A stretch of DNA of 64,000 nucleotides, taken from assembly GCF_009914755.1 (NCBI RefSeq), contig NC_060930.1. One strand, 5' to 3'. Each line of letters begins with the position of its first letter. Position 1 is the first letter of the stretch. A program made the translations under genes and the position numbers. This DNA comes from the human T2T-CHM13v2.0 reference genome, Homo sapiens. Below the pieces are notes generated by a model. The model saw only the letters and a program-made list of their open reading frames with translations. It was not told the DNA's origin and did not search any database. This document shows, piece after piece, positions 1-15,869 of the stretch.

Positions 1-999
1 TGTGATTTTTGTTATTGTTCTTTATATAGTCTGGGTATTAAACCCCATTAGATATGCAAATATTTTCTCTCATTAAATGGGTTGCCCTTTTAACTGTGGT
101 TATAGTGTTTTCTGGGCAAAAATTTTTTAATTTTGATAAAGTACAATTTGTCTATTTTTTTCTTTTGTTGCCCATGATTTTGGTGTCATATCTAAGAAAT
201 ATTTACCAAATCCAATGTCATGAAATCCTTCCCCTATGTTTTCTGAATTTTATAGTTTCAGCTTTTATGTTTAGGTCTTTGATTCATTTAGAGTTAATTT
301 TTGCACATGGTGTTAGGTAAGGGTGCAACTTCATTTTTTTTAAATATGGATGTTCAGGTTCCCAACACCATTTGTTGAAAATATTTATTTTCCCCTTGAA
401 TGCTTTTGGCATCCATGACAAAAATCATACATCCATATGTGTGAGGGTTTGTTTCTGGGCCTTCTATTATAATCCATGGGTCTATATGTCGGTTTTTATG
501 TCACTACCACATTGTATTGATTACCCGTAGCTTTGTAGTAAGTTTTGAAATCACGAAGTGTGAATGCTCCAACTTGATATTTCTTTTTTTAAGATTTTCG
601 TTGACTATTCAGGGTCCCTTAAGTTCTGTATGAATTGTAGGAGTTTTCTATTTGTCAACATAAAACAATGTTAGGATTTTGATAGAGATATCATTCAATC
701 TGTGGATTATCACTTGGGGGTAGTATTGATATCTTAACAATATTAAGTCACAATCCGTAAATATGGGATGTCTTTCCATTTATTTATCCCTAATTTCTTT
801 TCAACAAAGTTTTCTAGTTTTTGGTGTACACATCTTTCACCTCCTTGGTTAATTCCTAAAGATTTTATTCTTTTAAGCGCTATTATAAATGGAATTTTTT
901 AAATATTAATTTTGAATTGTTCATTGTAAGTGTACAGAAAAGCAAATAATTTTGTGGTTGATTTTGCATTCTGCAACTTTACTGAATTTTTATATTAGT

Positions 1000-1020
1000 T
1001 GTGTGTGTGTGTGTGTGTGT
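1000..1020. repeat. (TG)10 microsatellite
   Basis: Direct reading. Confidence 0.95.
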
Positions 1021-1135
1021 ATAATCTTTCAGGTTTTATATAAGATCATGTCATCTACAAACAGAAAGATTTTACCTATTCCTCTCCAAATTAAATGCTT
1101 TTTATTTCTTTTTTCTTGCCTAAGTTCTGTGGCTA

Positions 1136-1215
1136 TGCTATGGACTAAGTGTTGTGTCCTCCCCAAATGTATTTGTTGAGGCCCTAGTCTGAATTGAGAT
1201 GGTAATTAGAGGTGT
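1136..1215 (+). mobile_element. MaLR (MLT1A/MST-like) LTR 5' fragment
   Basis: tgctatggactaagtgttgtgtcctccccaaatgtatttgttgaggcccta resembles the MaLR LTR start. Confidence 0.55.
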
Positions 1216-1686
1216 TGTTTATCCATGAAAAAGAGTTAAGAGTTAAATTTTGTCAAATGCTTTTTCTGCATCAATGGAAATTATTGATGAAGAAGAAGAG
1301 AACTTACTTCTATTCTCTATTTCCTTCATTCTGTTAATGTCGTGTATTACATGATTGATTGCCATATGTTGAAGCATCTTTGCATTGCAGGACAAAAGTC
1401 CATTTGCTCACTGTATATGATCCTTGTAATATGCTGCTGAATTTGGTTTGGTAGTATTTTCTTGATGATTTTTACCTCAATATTTATAATGGATATTCAT
1501 CTATAGTTTTTTGTCACATTCTTCCCTGGTTTTGGTATCAGAGCAATGCTGTCCTCTGAATAACTTAGGAAGTGTTTCTTGCTCCTGAATTTTTTGAAGA
1601 GTCAGGAAAGGATTGGTATTTTTTTCTCCTTTTAATATTTGGTAGAATGTATCAGTAAAGCCATCTGGTCCTGGGCTTTTCTTTGA

Positions 1687-2045
<359 letters not shown>

Positions 2046-4710
2046 GAAATTGTTTTATTTCTTTATGACTCAGTCTTGGTAGATTTTGTGTCTCTAGAAT
2101 TTTGGCCATTTTGTCTAGGTTAGCTAATTTATTGGTGTACAATTATTCATGGTACTCTCTTATATTCCTTCATATTTATGAAAAATTGGTAGTAATGTCT
2201 CCACTTTCATTTCTGATTTTAGTAATCTGAGTCGTCTCTCTTTTTTTCTTAGTCAATCTTGCTAAAGTTTCTCAATTTTGTTGATCTTTTTGAAGAACCA
2301 ACTTTTGGCTTCACTGAGTTTCTCTATTGTTTTTCTATTCTCTATTTCATTTATCTCTGCTCTAATCTTTATGATTTCCTTCCTTCTGCAGCTTTGGGGT
2401 TAGTTTGTTCTTCTTTTTCAAGTTCCTTAAAGTATAAATTTAGGTTGTTGATTTGAGATCTTTCTTCTTTTTTAATGTAAGCATTTACAGCTTTAAATTT
2501 CCCTCTTAGCAGTGTTTTCACTGCATCCTATAAATTTGGGTATATTGTTTTAATTTTCACTTATTTATAAGTAACTTCTAATTTCCCTTGTGATATCTTC
2601 TTTGATCCATTGATTGCATAAGAAAATGTTGTTTAATTATCATATATAGTGAATTTTTCAGTTTTCTCTTTTTGTTAATTGATTTCTAACTTCAACTTGC
2701 TATATTCGGAGAAGACACTTTTATAAAAATAATATCAATCTTTTAAAAATGTATAGACACTAGTTTTGTAGCATAACATATGTTCGATCCTAGAGAATGT
2801 CCCATCTGCATTTGAGAAGAATATGTATTCTGTTTTTGTGGGGTGGGACGTTTTATACATGTCTGTTGGATGTAGTTGGTTTATTGTGTTCTTCTAGTCC
2901 TCTATTTCCTTGCTTATTTTCTGTCTGCTTGTTCTATTGATTATGGAAGTCTGCAACTATCATTGTAGAACAGTCCACTTCTTTCTTCACTTCTGTCCAT
3001 TTTTGCTTCATGTATTTCGTGGGTCTGTTATTAGGTGTGTAAATGTTTATGACTGTTATATCACCTTGCTATATTAAAACTTTTATTACTATCTAATATC
3101 ATTCCTTGTCTCTTTTCAACTTTTTTTTAAACTTAACTCTATTTTGTATAATATTTCTATCCCTTCCCCAGCTCTCTTTTGGTTACTATTTGCATGAAAT
3201 ATCTTCTGTCATCCTTTTACTTTCAACCTTTTTGTGTCTTTGGATCTAAAATGAGTCTCTTGTAGACAGCACATAGTTGAATTATTTTTAAAAATTTATT
3301 CATCAATCTCTGTCTTTTCGTTTGATAATTTAATTCATTTATACTTAAAATATTCACTAGTAAGGAGAAACTTATTTCTGCCATTTTGCTATTTGTTTTC
3401 CATTTTGCCTTTTGTTTTCATCTTTCACATTACTGTCTTACTTTGTTTGAGTTTTTGTAGTGAAACATTTTAATTGCTTTCTCATTTCTTTTGGTATATA
3501 TGTTATAGCTATTTTCTTTGTGGTTTCCATGGGAATTACATTTAACACCTCCATTTATAACAGTCTAATTTGAACTTACACAAGCTTACAGCTCTGTCTG
3601 TACCTTTTAATTGTTGATGTCATAAATTATACATGATCAAAAACAATGACTAATCATTGTTTCTCTATGTATTTGTCTTTTAACTCATAGAAAATAAAAG
3701 GGGAGTTACAACACAAAATTACAATTATATTAACTTCTATAATTACCCATGTAAATCCTCTATTGGCTATCTTTATTTCGTCATATGGCTTTGAGTTTCT
3801 TTCTAGCATCCTTTCATTTCAACCTGAAAATCTTCCTTTAGCATTTTTTACATTTATAGCCACTATGTATTTAAATCACTTTCTTTCTCTTTTCTTCTTC
3901 TTGAACTGACACAATGAATATGTTTGTCTCCTTGACAGTGTCCCATGGGTCCCCTGGACTCTGTTCACTTTTCTTCAGTCTTTTTCTGTTTCTCTGACTC
4001 AGTAATTTCCATTGTCCCATCTTCAAGTCTGCTGATTCTTTCTTCTGCCTGCTCAAATCTGCTTTTGAAACTAAAGAGTTTCAAAACTTCACCAAAGTGA
4101 ATTTTATATTTGTTATTGTACTTTTCAACTCCAGAATTTCTGTTTTCTGTCTTTACTGATATATATATACATATATATATATTTAGAACATATATGTAAA
4201 ATATATATGTGCTTAATACATTCTATTATCATAATAATAATTATTTTTACTATTCAACAAATATGAAGAACATTTAAAGAGGATATTTCAAGTATTTTCA
4301 ATGGGATGATTCATTATTCTGAATTGTCAAGACTATTTTATTTTACATATATATGTAAAATATATATATATTCTATACTGGGGATCAGCCTGAGATGTAA
4401 ACTTAAGGTTACCTCAGGTCTTTTCTGAGTCTGTATCTTTCCCTAGACATGCATACTGACTTTCCAAATTTCCTCATATAAGCAATTTCTTTTGAATGTC
4501 CTAATCCTTAAATCTCAGCCAAGCCTCTTTCTGGAAGCTAGACATCTTCAAATAGACTCCAGAGTTCCAAAACTCATTACATCAGTCAGGTTCTGGCAAT
4601 ACCACTGTTGACTAGGCAGAGAGAACAATTCTTGGAGCTTCCTACTTGGCCATCTTCCTTGACATCCCTCTGTAGGTATGTGTGCATATATATATGCACA
4701 CTGAAACTAA

Positions 4711-5442
4711 AGATGAGTCCTTAAAAGTGGAAGACAATGAAAGTAGAGTGGGTCAGAGTGACGCAATGTGTGAAGGATTCAAGCCACTGTTGTTTGAAGA
4801 TGGAGTAAAGGGGCCATGAGCCAAGGAATCCTGTGACCTCTGGCCTCAATTTACAGCAACAAGAAAACATGGACCTATGTTCTACAGCTGCAAGGAACTG
4901 AATTCTTCCAACAAATCGTGTGGGGAGGAAACATTCTCCCCTGCAGTCTCCAGAAAGGAATGCAGTGTGCTGAAACTTTGATTTTAGTCCAGCAAAACCC
5001 ATGTCTGGTTTCTTTTTTGTTTGTTTTTTGTTTTTTGAGACAGAGTCTCACTCTGTCACCCAGACTGGAGTGCAGTAGTGCAATCTCGGCTCACTGCAAC
5101 CTCTGCCTCTGAGTTCAAGTGATTCTCCTGCCTCAGCCTCCCAAGTAGGTGGGATTACAGGTATGCACCGTCACACACAGCTAATTTTGTATTTTCAGTA
5201 GAGATGGGGTTTCACCACTTTTGGCCAGGCTGGTCTCAAACTCCTGACCTCAGGTTATATGCCTGAGTTGGCCTCCCAAAGTGCTGGAATTACAGTTGTG
5301 AGACACTGCACCCAGCCCATGTCTGACTTCTGACAGATGTTACAGATGTTACAGCTACAGAACAGTAAGCTAATAAATTTGTGTTGTTTTACACCATTAA
5401 AATTGTGGTAATTTGTTAGAGCAGCAATAGAAAACTAATACA
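4711..5442 (+). mobile_element. MLT1 (MaLR) LTR split by an Alu
   Basis: ggggccatgagccaaggaat...ctacagctgcaaggaactgaattc...aataaatttgtgttgtttt...gcaatagaaaactaataca terminus. Confidence 0.8.
5009..5317 (-). mobile_element. AluS
   Basis: Full-length reverse Alu, TSD catgtctg. Confidence 0.93.
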
Positions 5443-6029
5443 TACATCCAGTATTATTCCAGTAAATTCAATTTCTTTCTGCTAGAACCAAAAGAATCTT
5501 TGGTTATTTAAGAATTTAAGATTAAACCCATATATTCTCTGAATTAGAAAGAAAATGTGTTGTCCTAAAACCTGTGATATGTGCCTAGATATGCTCAGTG
5601 TTATCTTTCCTTTGTCAGTCCATACTCTACGAAGACAAAGACATTTCTACGCTGTTATTGATTTTTCTTCAGAATTAGATCTGAAGTTTTGTTTTGTATT
5701 GTTATTGTTGTCGCTTCCTCTACCAACTTGGATAAACTCAACCAAGCAAAGACAAATAGTTAGCAGTTGTTCTTCTTTTAGCAGAATTAGAATTATAGCA
5801 GTTAAGAAATACAGGTATATGAAATAAAAACAAAAAGTTCTAACCTGTGATTCAGTAGAATCTATGGGAACTTTAATGATGCTATTAAAAATTAAAATAA
5901 CTTTATTATTTGTTTTAAAAGTAACGATTAGGATTTCAGGTAGGGTTGTTCTGTGATTATCTCTAATGAAATCCAACATAGTGAATGAGTGTGCACAGAA
6001 AATATGGAGGGAGTTCATGTGGTAGAGTA

Positions 6030-6265
6030 GTAGTTAGGTGTTTGCCTCTGAAGCCGCACTACTGGGTGAAAATACCACTCCTTCCACTTACTTAGCACAT
6101 AATTCTGAAGGCTTACCCTCTCTTCAGTTTTTGATCCATTGAAATGAGGATGAATACAGTACTGATTTATAGAACCGTAAGTATTAAATGAGTTCATATA
6201 TTTAAATTACTTAGATGAGTTCTGGCCCATAGAAAATGCCTAATGCATTCCATTGTTATCATAAT
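6030..6265 (+). mobile_element. MIR
   Basis: Degenerate MIR core (cttcagttttt..aaatgaggatgaata..attaaatgag..ctggcccatag). Confidence 0.6.
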
Positions 6266-6504
6266 AATAATTATTATTGCTATTCAATAAATACGAAGAA
6301 CATTTAAAGTAGATATTTCAAGTATTTTCAATGGGCTGATTCGTTATTCTGAATTGTCAAGACTATTTCATTTTACCTTCAGATATCAGGTAACGTCGTT
6401 GCCAAAACAGTTGACTTCTTATTGGTTAGGATGCTTTCCGCTGCAACATAAAACTCAACTAAATGTGACTTAAACCATAAGGATATTTATTATTTACCTG
6501 ACAA

Positions 6505-8490
<1,986 letters not shown>

Positions 8491-8593
8491 TCCCAGGAAA
8501 TTTGGCCTGCGGTATCTTTTTGAGTTCCTACCTTCAGTTTTGCTGTGATATACTGAGGTGTATAGTATCTATCCCTGGAAATAGTTATAACTC

Positions 8594-8716
8594 TTCTTCT
8601 AGGTAGTTTATTTGGGAACCTGACTCAATCTGGTCAGGAGTTGAGTTGAACTGGATTCTTCTGGTAGTTTATTTGGGAGCCTGACTCAATCTGGTCAGGA
8701 GTTGAGTTGAACTGGA
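8594..8716. repeat. Tandem duplication, ~62 bp x2
   Basis: ttcttct(a)ggtagtttatttggga[a/g]cctgactcaatctggtcaggagttgagttgaactgga twice. Confidence 0.9.
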
Positions 8717-9094
8717 CTTCTGTTGCTGCTCTGGTTCACTTCAGTGCACCACTGGCTTCCGTGGTCTCTGGTGTTACATTGTGCTTAGGATGGCTGCTCA
8801 GGTCCTGGAGAGTTTTCCTCAATGTTCCTTCTTCATCCTCAGCTTTGGCCTCCTTGGTACTCTTGCACCACAGACATTCTCTCTCTCTGTGCTCTTGCCA
8901 TCTCCCAGTGGTAGGCTGCTTCTTCTTACTTGCTATGAACAATCGTTGTGGTGGGAAGCAGGAGAATTCTTTGTTGTCCTGGTCTAGCCTCAGCCTCAGG
9001 CAGGCCCTGTGTGTCTGGGACTTCAGGGTTGGGGTTTCTGCTCCTTCCCTTGGAGCTGAATTCTCCTGCATATCTTTGGCAGAGCTTGTGTCCC

Positions 9095-9272
9095 TAGGGT
9101 TGTCAGGGAAAATACAGGATTCCCATTTAAATTTAAATTTCATGTAAACAATGAAGAGTTTGTTAACATCACTATGTCACAAATATTGGAATATACTTAT
9201 AGTAAAAATTATTTATTGTTCTATGAAATTCAAATTTAATGGTATTTTTATTTGCTAAATCTGGTAACCCTA
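9095..9272. mobile_element. MER53 palindromic hAT MITE
   Basis: TIRs tagggttgtcag...ctggtaacccta; internal inverted repeat ttaaatttaaatttca / tgaaattcaaatttaa. Confidence 0.8.
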
Positions 9273-9590
9273 GATGTTTGGTGTTTTCTACCCTCCCCCA
9301 GTACCCCAGTAGTAGGAGGCCCATTAGGGCTCTGGGACCAGGATTGTTTTCTTATCTTCCCCAAAGTTTAGAGGGTTTCTTGAAAAAATTTCTTCCTCAA
9401 ACATAGGCATGTTCACCTGTGCCCTGGGACTGAATGTTTCCTGCTCCTCAAAGTGAATTAAAGCTTTAGTTCCACAGAAGAGAGGGTCTGGGTGGGACTC
9501 ACGAGTGTCCCGCAGTGACAGAGCTTTCCCAGTCTACGTCTGCACCACCTTGAGGCTCCTTCTAATCCTCCAACCGCAGCCCTGAAATCT

Positions 9591-9782
9591 CTCTCATAAG
9601 AATCTGGTGGAAGGCTGTGGGCAGAGCCTGGAGGTGGCTCTCAAGAGAATTTGGTGGAAGTCTGTGGAGGAAGATCCTGGATGTGGCTCTCGTAAGAATT
9701 TGGTGGAAGGCTGTGGGGAGAGCCTGGAAGTGGCCTCTCATGAGAATCTGGTGGAAGGCTGTGGGGAGAGCCTGGAAGTGGC
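9591..9782. repeat. Minisatellite, ~48 bp x4
   Basis: ctctcatgagaatctggtggaaggctgtggggagagcctggaagtgg-like unit four times. Confidence 0.9.
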
Positions 9783-10730
9783 TTTCTCTCATACTAGCTC
9801 ATTGTTGTTCTCTAGAAATCTGTCTTGAAGGTTTATCTTCTTATCTACTTGCACGGTAGCTGGGATTCTGTTTCTCCCATTTACCACTGGTGGACAAATG
9901 CTCAAATCCTTTCTACCCTCGGAAAGAATTGTCTTTTTTTTGGATTTGGAACTATTTGGTTACCCTATGACCTCAGGTATTTGATGCGCTCAGGAAAAGT
10001 TACAATTCTATGGTATATCTAGTTTTTACTTGTTAGAGTGGGGGCAGTACTCCTGCCATTCTGTATATTTTCAACTCCTCATCTGTCTTTCTTTATGAGT
10101 AGAAATCTCAGTAAGGACATAATAAAACAGAGCTTTAAATGTATGCATTAGAATCTTCTTTAATTGGTCTTGCAAAGCACATAGGTTCCTCTGTTGTAAT
10201 AAATAATAAAGACAGTGCCTTATCTTTATTATTCTCTAAATATATGTTAGGGACATTATTTGACCAACAGTATAACTGCATGGATGTTATTGCAAAGAAC
10301 TTTCAGGAGGACTGAGAGCCATCTCTCGATGAGGCTGTCTCTCTTTCATACCGTTTCATTCCTAAGGCTATCTGCTGAGCACAGCTGGGGTTGTCAGAAC
10401 TACCAAACTACTGGAAATGAGGTGCATGATAAAATAAATTATTTCAAATTAAGATCTCATAAAACCATCTTTGAGGTTACTTATTTAGCATACATTGACT
10501 TTTAAAAATTATCTCTACAATTCAGGACATCGCATAGTTCACTTCCTCAATATCCGTTGCCTATTTAAGCTGACAAATTTGAAATGATAGATTAGAAAGA
10601 GGCCTACTGCATGACATGTATAATTCACTCTTCCAGTCAAATTTAAGAGTCCTTGCCTTCATCTGGCCTTTACGCCCAGCATTACCTTCCACTGCTGACA
10701 ACAGGACTGGAAGTGGCTCTCAGTGAGGCT

Positions 10731-10934
10731 GTCTGTGAGGCCGGAGGCTGGAAGTTCAAGAGGCAGGTGTAGGCAGAGTGTGTTTCCTCTGAGGCCTCTC
10801 TCCTTGGCTCATTCTCCCTGTGTTCTCACATGGGCTTCCCTCTGTGTCTCTGTGTCCCCACCTCTTCTTCTTGTAAGGACATTAGTCGGATTGGATCCAG
10901 GCCACCCTGATGGCCTCATTTGACCTGACTTACC
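10731..10934 (-). repeat. 204-bp copy of the MLT1 segment at 12949-13152
   Basis: 5 mismatches over 204 bp by eye. Confidence 0.92.
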
Positions 10935-10959
10935 AGAAGTAGCCATCATCGTCATATAG

Positions 10960-11329
<370 letters not shown>

Positions 11330-11719
11330 TTGGCACTCCATCCTCTTTAGCCACCCTTTGTTTCAGTTTTGTGACTCCACCATCAGCTCTTCCTCGAAGA
11401 CTCTGTCTTATTCATCTTTCACTCTTACCTTTTTATCTTCCAATGCTTATTTAAGTATTTTTTGCAAAATTAGAATTCAGCTGCTTATTTTAAAATTATT
11501 AAAGTAACATGCTTATAGCGATGACCTACTCATGGTGGCATGTGCTTTCACTGCTCCCAAAGGTGGAACAAATAATCATTTTTAGAGCAATCAAAATCTT
11601 GTGATTTTGCTGTAAGACACTTAACAAAATTTAAGTTGTTGTTGGGTTTGCTGTTTTTTCTCATGGAATTTGGCTCTGTCTTTTCTGCTTGGGTAACCCA
11701 GAGGCACCTGAAACTCAGG

Positions 11720-12085
11720 TGTCTGGGCAGCAATCATCATTTTCTCACTTAACAGGTTCCTCCTCCTCTGCTCCCAGCCTTTGGGAAGGGCACCGCCATC
11801 CATGAAGTTCCCTAAGCCAGGAACCCAGAGTTACCCTTTGCGTCTTCCTCCTCCCCATTTCCCAAATCCAGTGAGTTTCAAGTCCTGCACATCTTGCAGT
11901 CTGTGGCTTCCTCCACCAGCACCCTTCAGTCCCCCTTCCCCAAGGCCCATCTTTGGTTAAGGTCCTCATTATTTTTTACCTGGCTTTCTGTAAAGGTCTT
12001 CTAACTGATCTCCCCGCCTTCAGTCTTACTTGCTAGAATATGACATCCTCTAAACTGCTCTCAAGATGTTCAATCTAAAATCTGA
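11720..12085 (-). mobile_element. L2 fragment
   Basis: caaatccagtgagtttcaagtcctg...tctaactgatctccccgccttcagtctt...ctaaaatctgaatc. Confidence 0.5.
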
Positions 12086-12889
12086 ATCCCAGGAAGGCTT
12101 CCCAAGCTCCCTGGGAGGAGTATCAGCTTCTGGCAAGGCAGGAGAGGATGATCGTCATCTGTCCCTGCCTCCCTTCCGCTCGCTTCCTGCCTCTCCCCAT
12201 GCTGCACTCTGTAGGCCCACCTTGGTGTACCACCTTGGGTCCCCAAAGGTGCCCATCTCTCTCGCCACCACGCCTCTGAGTCTGCAACACCCTGCTCCGG
12301 AACTGCCCTTCACCCAGGCTTCCTCCTCTGGCTGAGGGATTTTTCCTCTTGGGATGCAGCCTGGACTGGTGGCTCTGGAGCCAGGCAGGCCTGAGTGTGG
12401 ATCCCGGCTTAGCCATTTGCTCAGCCTCCCTGAGTCTAACGTTCCTATCTGTAAAAAGGAGAAAATAATACCAACCTTCCAGTATTTCTAGGAGGAATTA
12501 GAAGTAGTAATAAATATCAATATGTGGTAAAAATGACACAGATACCTCTTATTGTAGGACAAGTAGGATTCTAAGTGCTTTACTCATATTAACTCATTTG
12601 TTATTCCAGACTCCATTCACGATTCACCTCCTCCATGCAGCCTGTCTTGATTTCTCAATACCTGACTGGATGCCTTTGCAGATTATTTTTTCCCTCCCTG
12701 TTTATGTTCCCTCTCTCTTTGCCCCACAGGTGTCCTGGGAGCTTGGCACATATGGAACACATCAGTTGGACTCCTTTGCTGGCTTCCGGGTGGGTCTGGC
12801 GTTTGGAAAAGGTTGAGAAAGGCCAGGGCGTTTCTTCCCCATGCTGTCCATGATCAAGCTGTATCTGTGGCAGCAGGTGTGTCTCTCCC

Positions 12890-13237
12890 TGCATTAGTTT
12901 GTGAGGCACTACAGACTCAGTGGCATAAACAACAGTTATTTACTCACAGTCTGTGAGGCTGGAGGCTGGAAATTCAAGAGGCAGGTGTAGGCAGAGTGCG
13001 TTTCCTCTGAGGCCTCTCGCCTTGGCTCATTCTCCCTGTGTCCTCACATGGGCTTCCCTCTGTGTCTCTGTGTCCCCACCTCTTCTTCTTGTAAGGACAT
13101 TAGTCGGATTGGATCCAGGCCACCCTGATGGCCTCATTTGACCTGACTTACCTTTTGAAAGGCCCGATCTCCAAATGCACTCACATTCTGAGGTGCTTCA
13201 TAGGAATTTGGGGAAGAGGGACTCAACTCAGCCCCTA
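12890..13237 (-). mobile_element. MLT1 (MaLR) LTR
   Basis: tgcattagttt...taaacaacagttatttactcacagtct..ggaggctggaaattcaag...tctccaaatgcactcacattctgaggt. Confidence 0.8.
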
Positions 13238-15450
13238 GAGATCCCCACCTACTCCGCAGGTGGCCCCCCTGCCGTGGCTCCAGCGGCCACTGGGCTCCAA
13301 CGAGGCTGTTCTTCCTCCGCCCCTTCAGGCCTACGATGGTCACGGCTTCCCACTGTCTGGTCTCCAAGCCCAGGGCTCCTCTGGGTTCTCTTCACCCTGC
13401 CATGCGATTCATGAAGTGATTCCTCACTGAAGGTGCTTCAACTGTCTGACTGGAGTTTCATTTGCTGCTGCTGGGACACTTGAGGGTGCCTTGGCTGCGA
13501 GTACCCTGGACCACTTTCTTTCTTCTGCCCTGAACACCTGGGCGTGCAGCTCTGTGCTCCCTATGGAGGTGCAGGTTCCTTGGGGGCAGAAACCATGCCT
13601 TGCTCTTTGTGCACCCGCAGGGCCTTGCCCGGGGTCTGATGTACGTAGAGCGGGCGCCAGGTGTTCAGTTCAATGCCATCATTGACGATGGCTTCTGGCG
13701 CCACTCTCCCCAGCATTCTCTCCAGCCTCCCGAGCACTGAGTGTTGTGGACTTGGAAACGGCTCCTGGGGATCTCCTACTTCCACTTCTTCCCCTACAGT
13801 CCTGCTCCTGTTCATCTCATGATGCTCAGAGAGATGTGGGAAGCAAGGCATCCTTACTTGGCCTCAAACGACCTTCAAATTCTCCTGCTCCTGCCGTGAC
13901 CATGACCACCGCCTCCTGCTTTCCAGAACATCCTCCGACTCCAGCCTTTGTGTGGCTGCTCACATCCCTCCTCCCACCAGAAGCAGTGGTTGCTGTCCTC
14001 ACCTCCTGCTGGAATTGTACTCAGCCTTCCGGGGGAGATGCTCAAAATATCACGATACCATGGATACTGAGCAAACACAAAGCAGCTTGGAGCAGGAGTG
14101 GGGTTTAAAGCCTGAAGGCTCCCAAGCTGTGCCTGGTGTTCACCCTTTAGTTGCTAGACAGTGGAAAGGTAGGGGGAGCCCCAGAGGAGGGGCCTTTGTA
14201 GTGAGGAGGGAATCTGGACAGCGAATATTTTCCGATTCTGCCGATTCGTGTGGCCGCGAAAGATCACTGAATGCGTCCGTTGCTAAGTGGCTTAGACTAG
14301 CATCTGATGATCTTCAAAGGCCTTTCACGCTCTACAATTTGATTTTCTTCAATACATGTCAAATTTGATTTGCTGATTTAGCTCATTGCCAACCATCTAT
14401 CTCTCGAGGCTGAGTTTTCCTCAAGAGGAAAAGGTTTCCCTTCACGACTAAAACGTTCCCAAACCTGTATTCACAGAATTATGCCACTTTTATAGATTTG
14501 TAGCCTTTCTAAATTCAAAGGCTGTTCTCAGAAATGGTACTTGTGAGCACCCCATAGAAAGGGAGAAGGGAAGGGGTGGGCACAGTGAAAGGTGGAAATT
14601 CACCAAATCAGCTGCGGCTGAGAAGCAGGAGCACAGTCATATGGCCCTTCCACTTGGCATACGGCACCTGCATCACTCCCTACATATGGCCCCTTTGGAA
14701 GCGATACTTCATAAACCAAGAGCTCCAGAACTGCCCAAGACAGGCCAATCATATTCTTTGCCCTAAATAACCAAAGTTGTTCATCTGGAAACACATATAA
14801 GTATGTATGTTTGAAATAACTTCACAGCAGTACAGAAAGGTAAGGATGTTTGTTTTCACGGAAAGGAAGAGTCAGCTGAGGCAGTTCTAAGCATGGCTTC
14901 CTCTAAGTTCCCAAAGCAAGTTTTACAAACTCAGAGTATACTTCATGACATGGAAATCACTTACGTGTGGGTCCCTCTTTCCCATGAAGTTATAAAGCAA
15001 CACCGAGTTAAGAGTGGGGCAGGTTGTTATTTCTGTAACCCCAGTTACTAGCACAATGCCTAGAACATAGGAGGTTCTCAAAAAATGTTGGTTGAATGAA
15101 TTAAAAAGGCCCCTTAATGCTTGGAGATAGAGAATGTGCACAGGGCTTGTGAAGCCCTGTTACCTGGAGAGCTACCTGGGCTGAGGGACAGTATGGAGGA
15201 GGAGACTTAAGAGGGGAAATTAAAAGTGATTAATTACCAACTCATTGATGCACTCAGTCTCTCCATTTCATGAAAATCTAACAACTTTTAGGAGGTTGTC
15301 CATCTCCTTTTAAATAAATACTGTTTGAAGCATTGGAATTGCCTCAATTTAATGTTACAAGAAAAAGTTATTAGACTCTCATAATTGTAAGATGTTTTCC
15401 AGGGAAAAGATTCAAATAGAACCTGATACCTTATTGACTTGTTTGAGGAA

Positions 15451-15512
15451 AAGATCAAAATGTGTTTTTCTCCATGAAGAAAGATCAAAATGTGTTTTTC
15501 TCCATGAAGAAA
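15451..15512. repeat. Perfect 30-bp tandem duplication
   Basis: aagatcaaaatgtgtttttctccatgaaga x2. Confidence 0.95.
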
Positions 15513-15775
15513 TATTGACATCGACGTTTCCTCAGCCATTATTTCCCTTCCGGAAAGCATCAATTGCCTGATCCAAGCCTTGAGCAGAAATTCGTTCCTG
15601 CCATGTGTTCCAAGCAGCTGAGTGTGCCTGGCCCTGCCCAGCAATGGGAGGCAGCTGCTCTCCTTCAACATCTCACACAGGGAATTATTTGTACCTAAAG
15701 AGGATGGTGTTTAAATGATAATTGTCTTTTTCTCATTAAAGCTAAAGTATATTTCACCAAAATATACCACAGTTG

Positions 15776-15869
15776 AGGGTAACCAACTGCCCCACATTGC
15801 TCGTGACTAAAGGGGTTCCTGGGACACAGAACTTTCAGTGTCAAAATCAGGAAAATCCTGGGCAAACCG
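15776..15869 (+). mobile_element. MER94-like hAT-Blackjack fragment
   Basis: agggtaaccaactgcccc...ggggttcctgggac...actttcagtgtcaaaatcaggaaaatcctgggcaaaccg. Confidence 0.65.
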
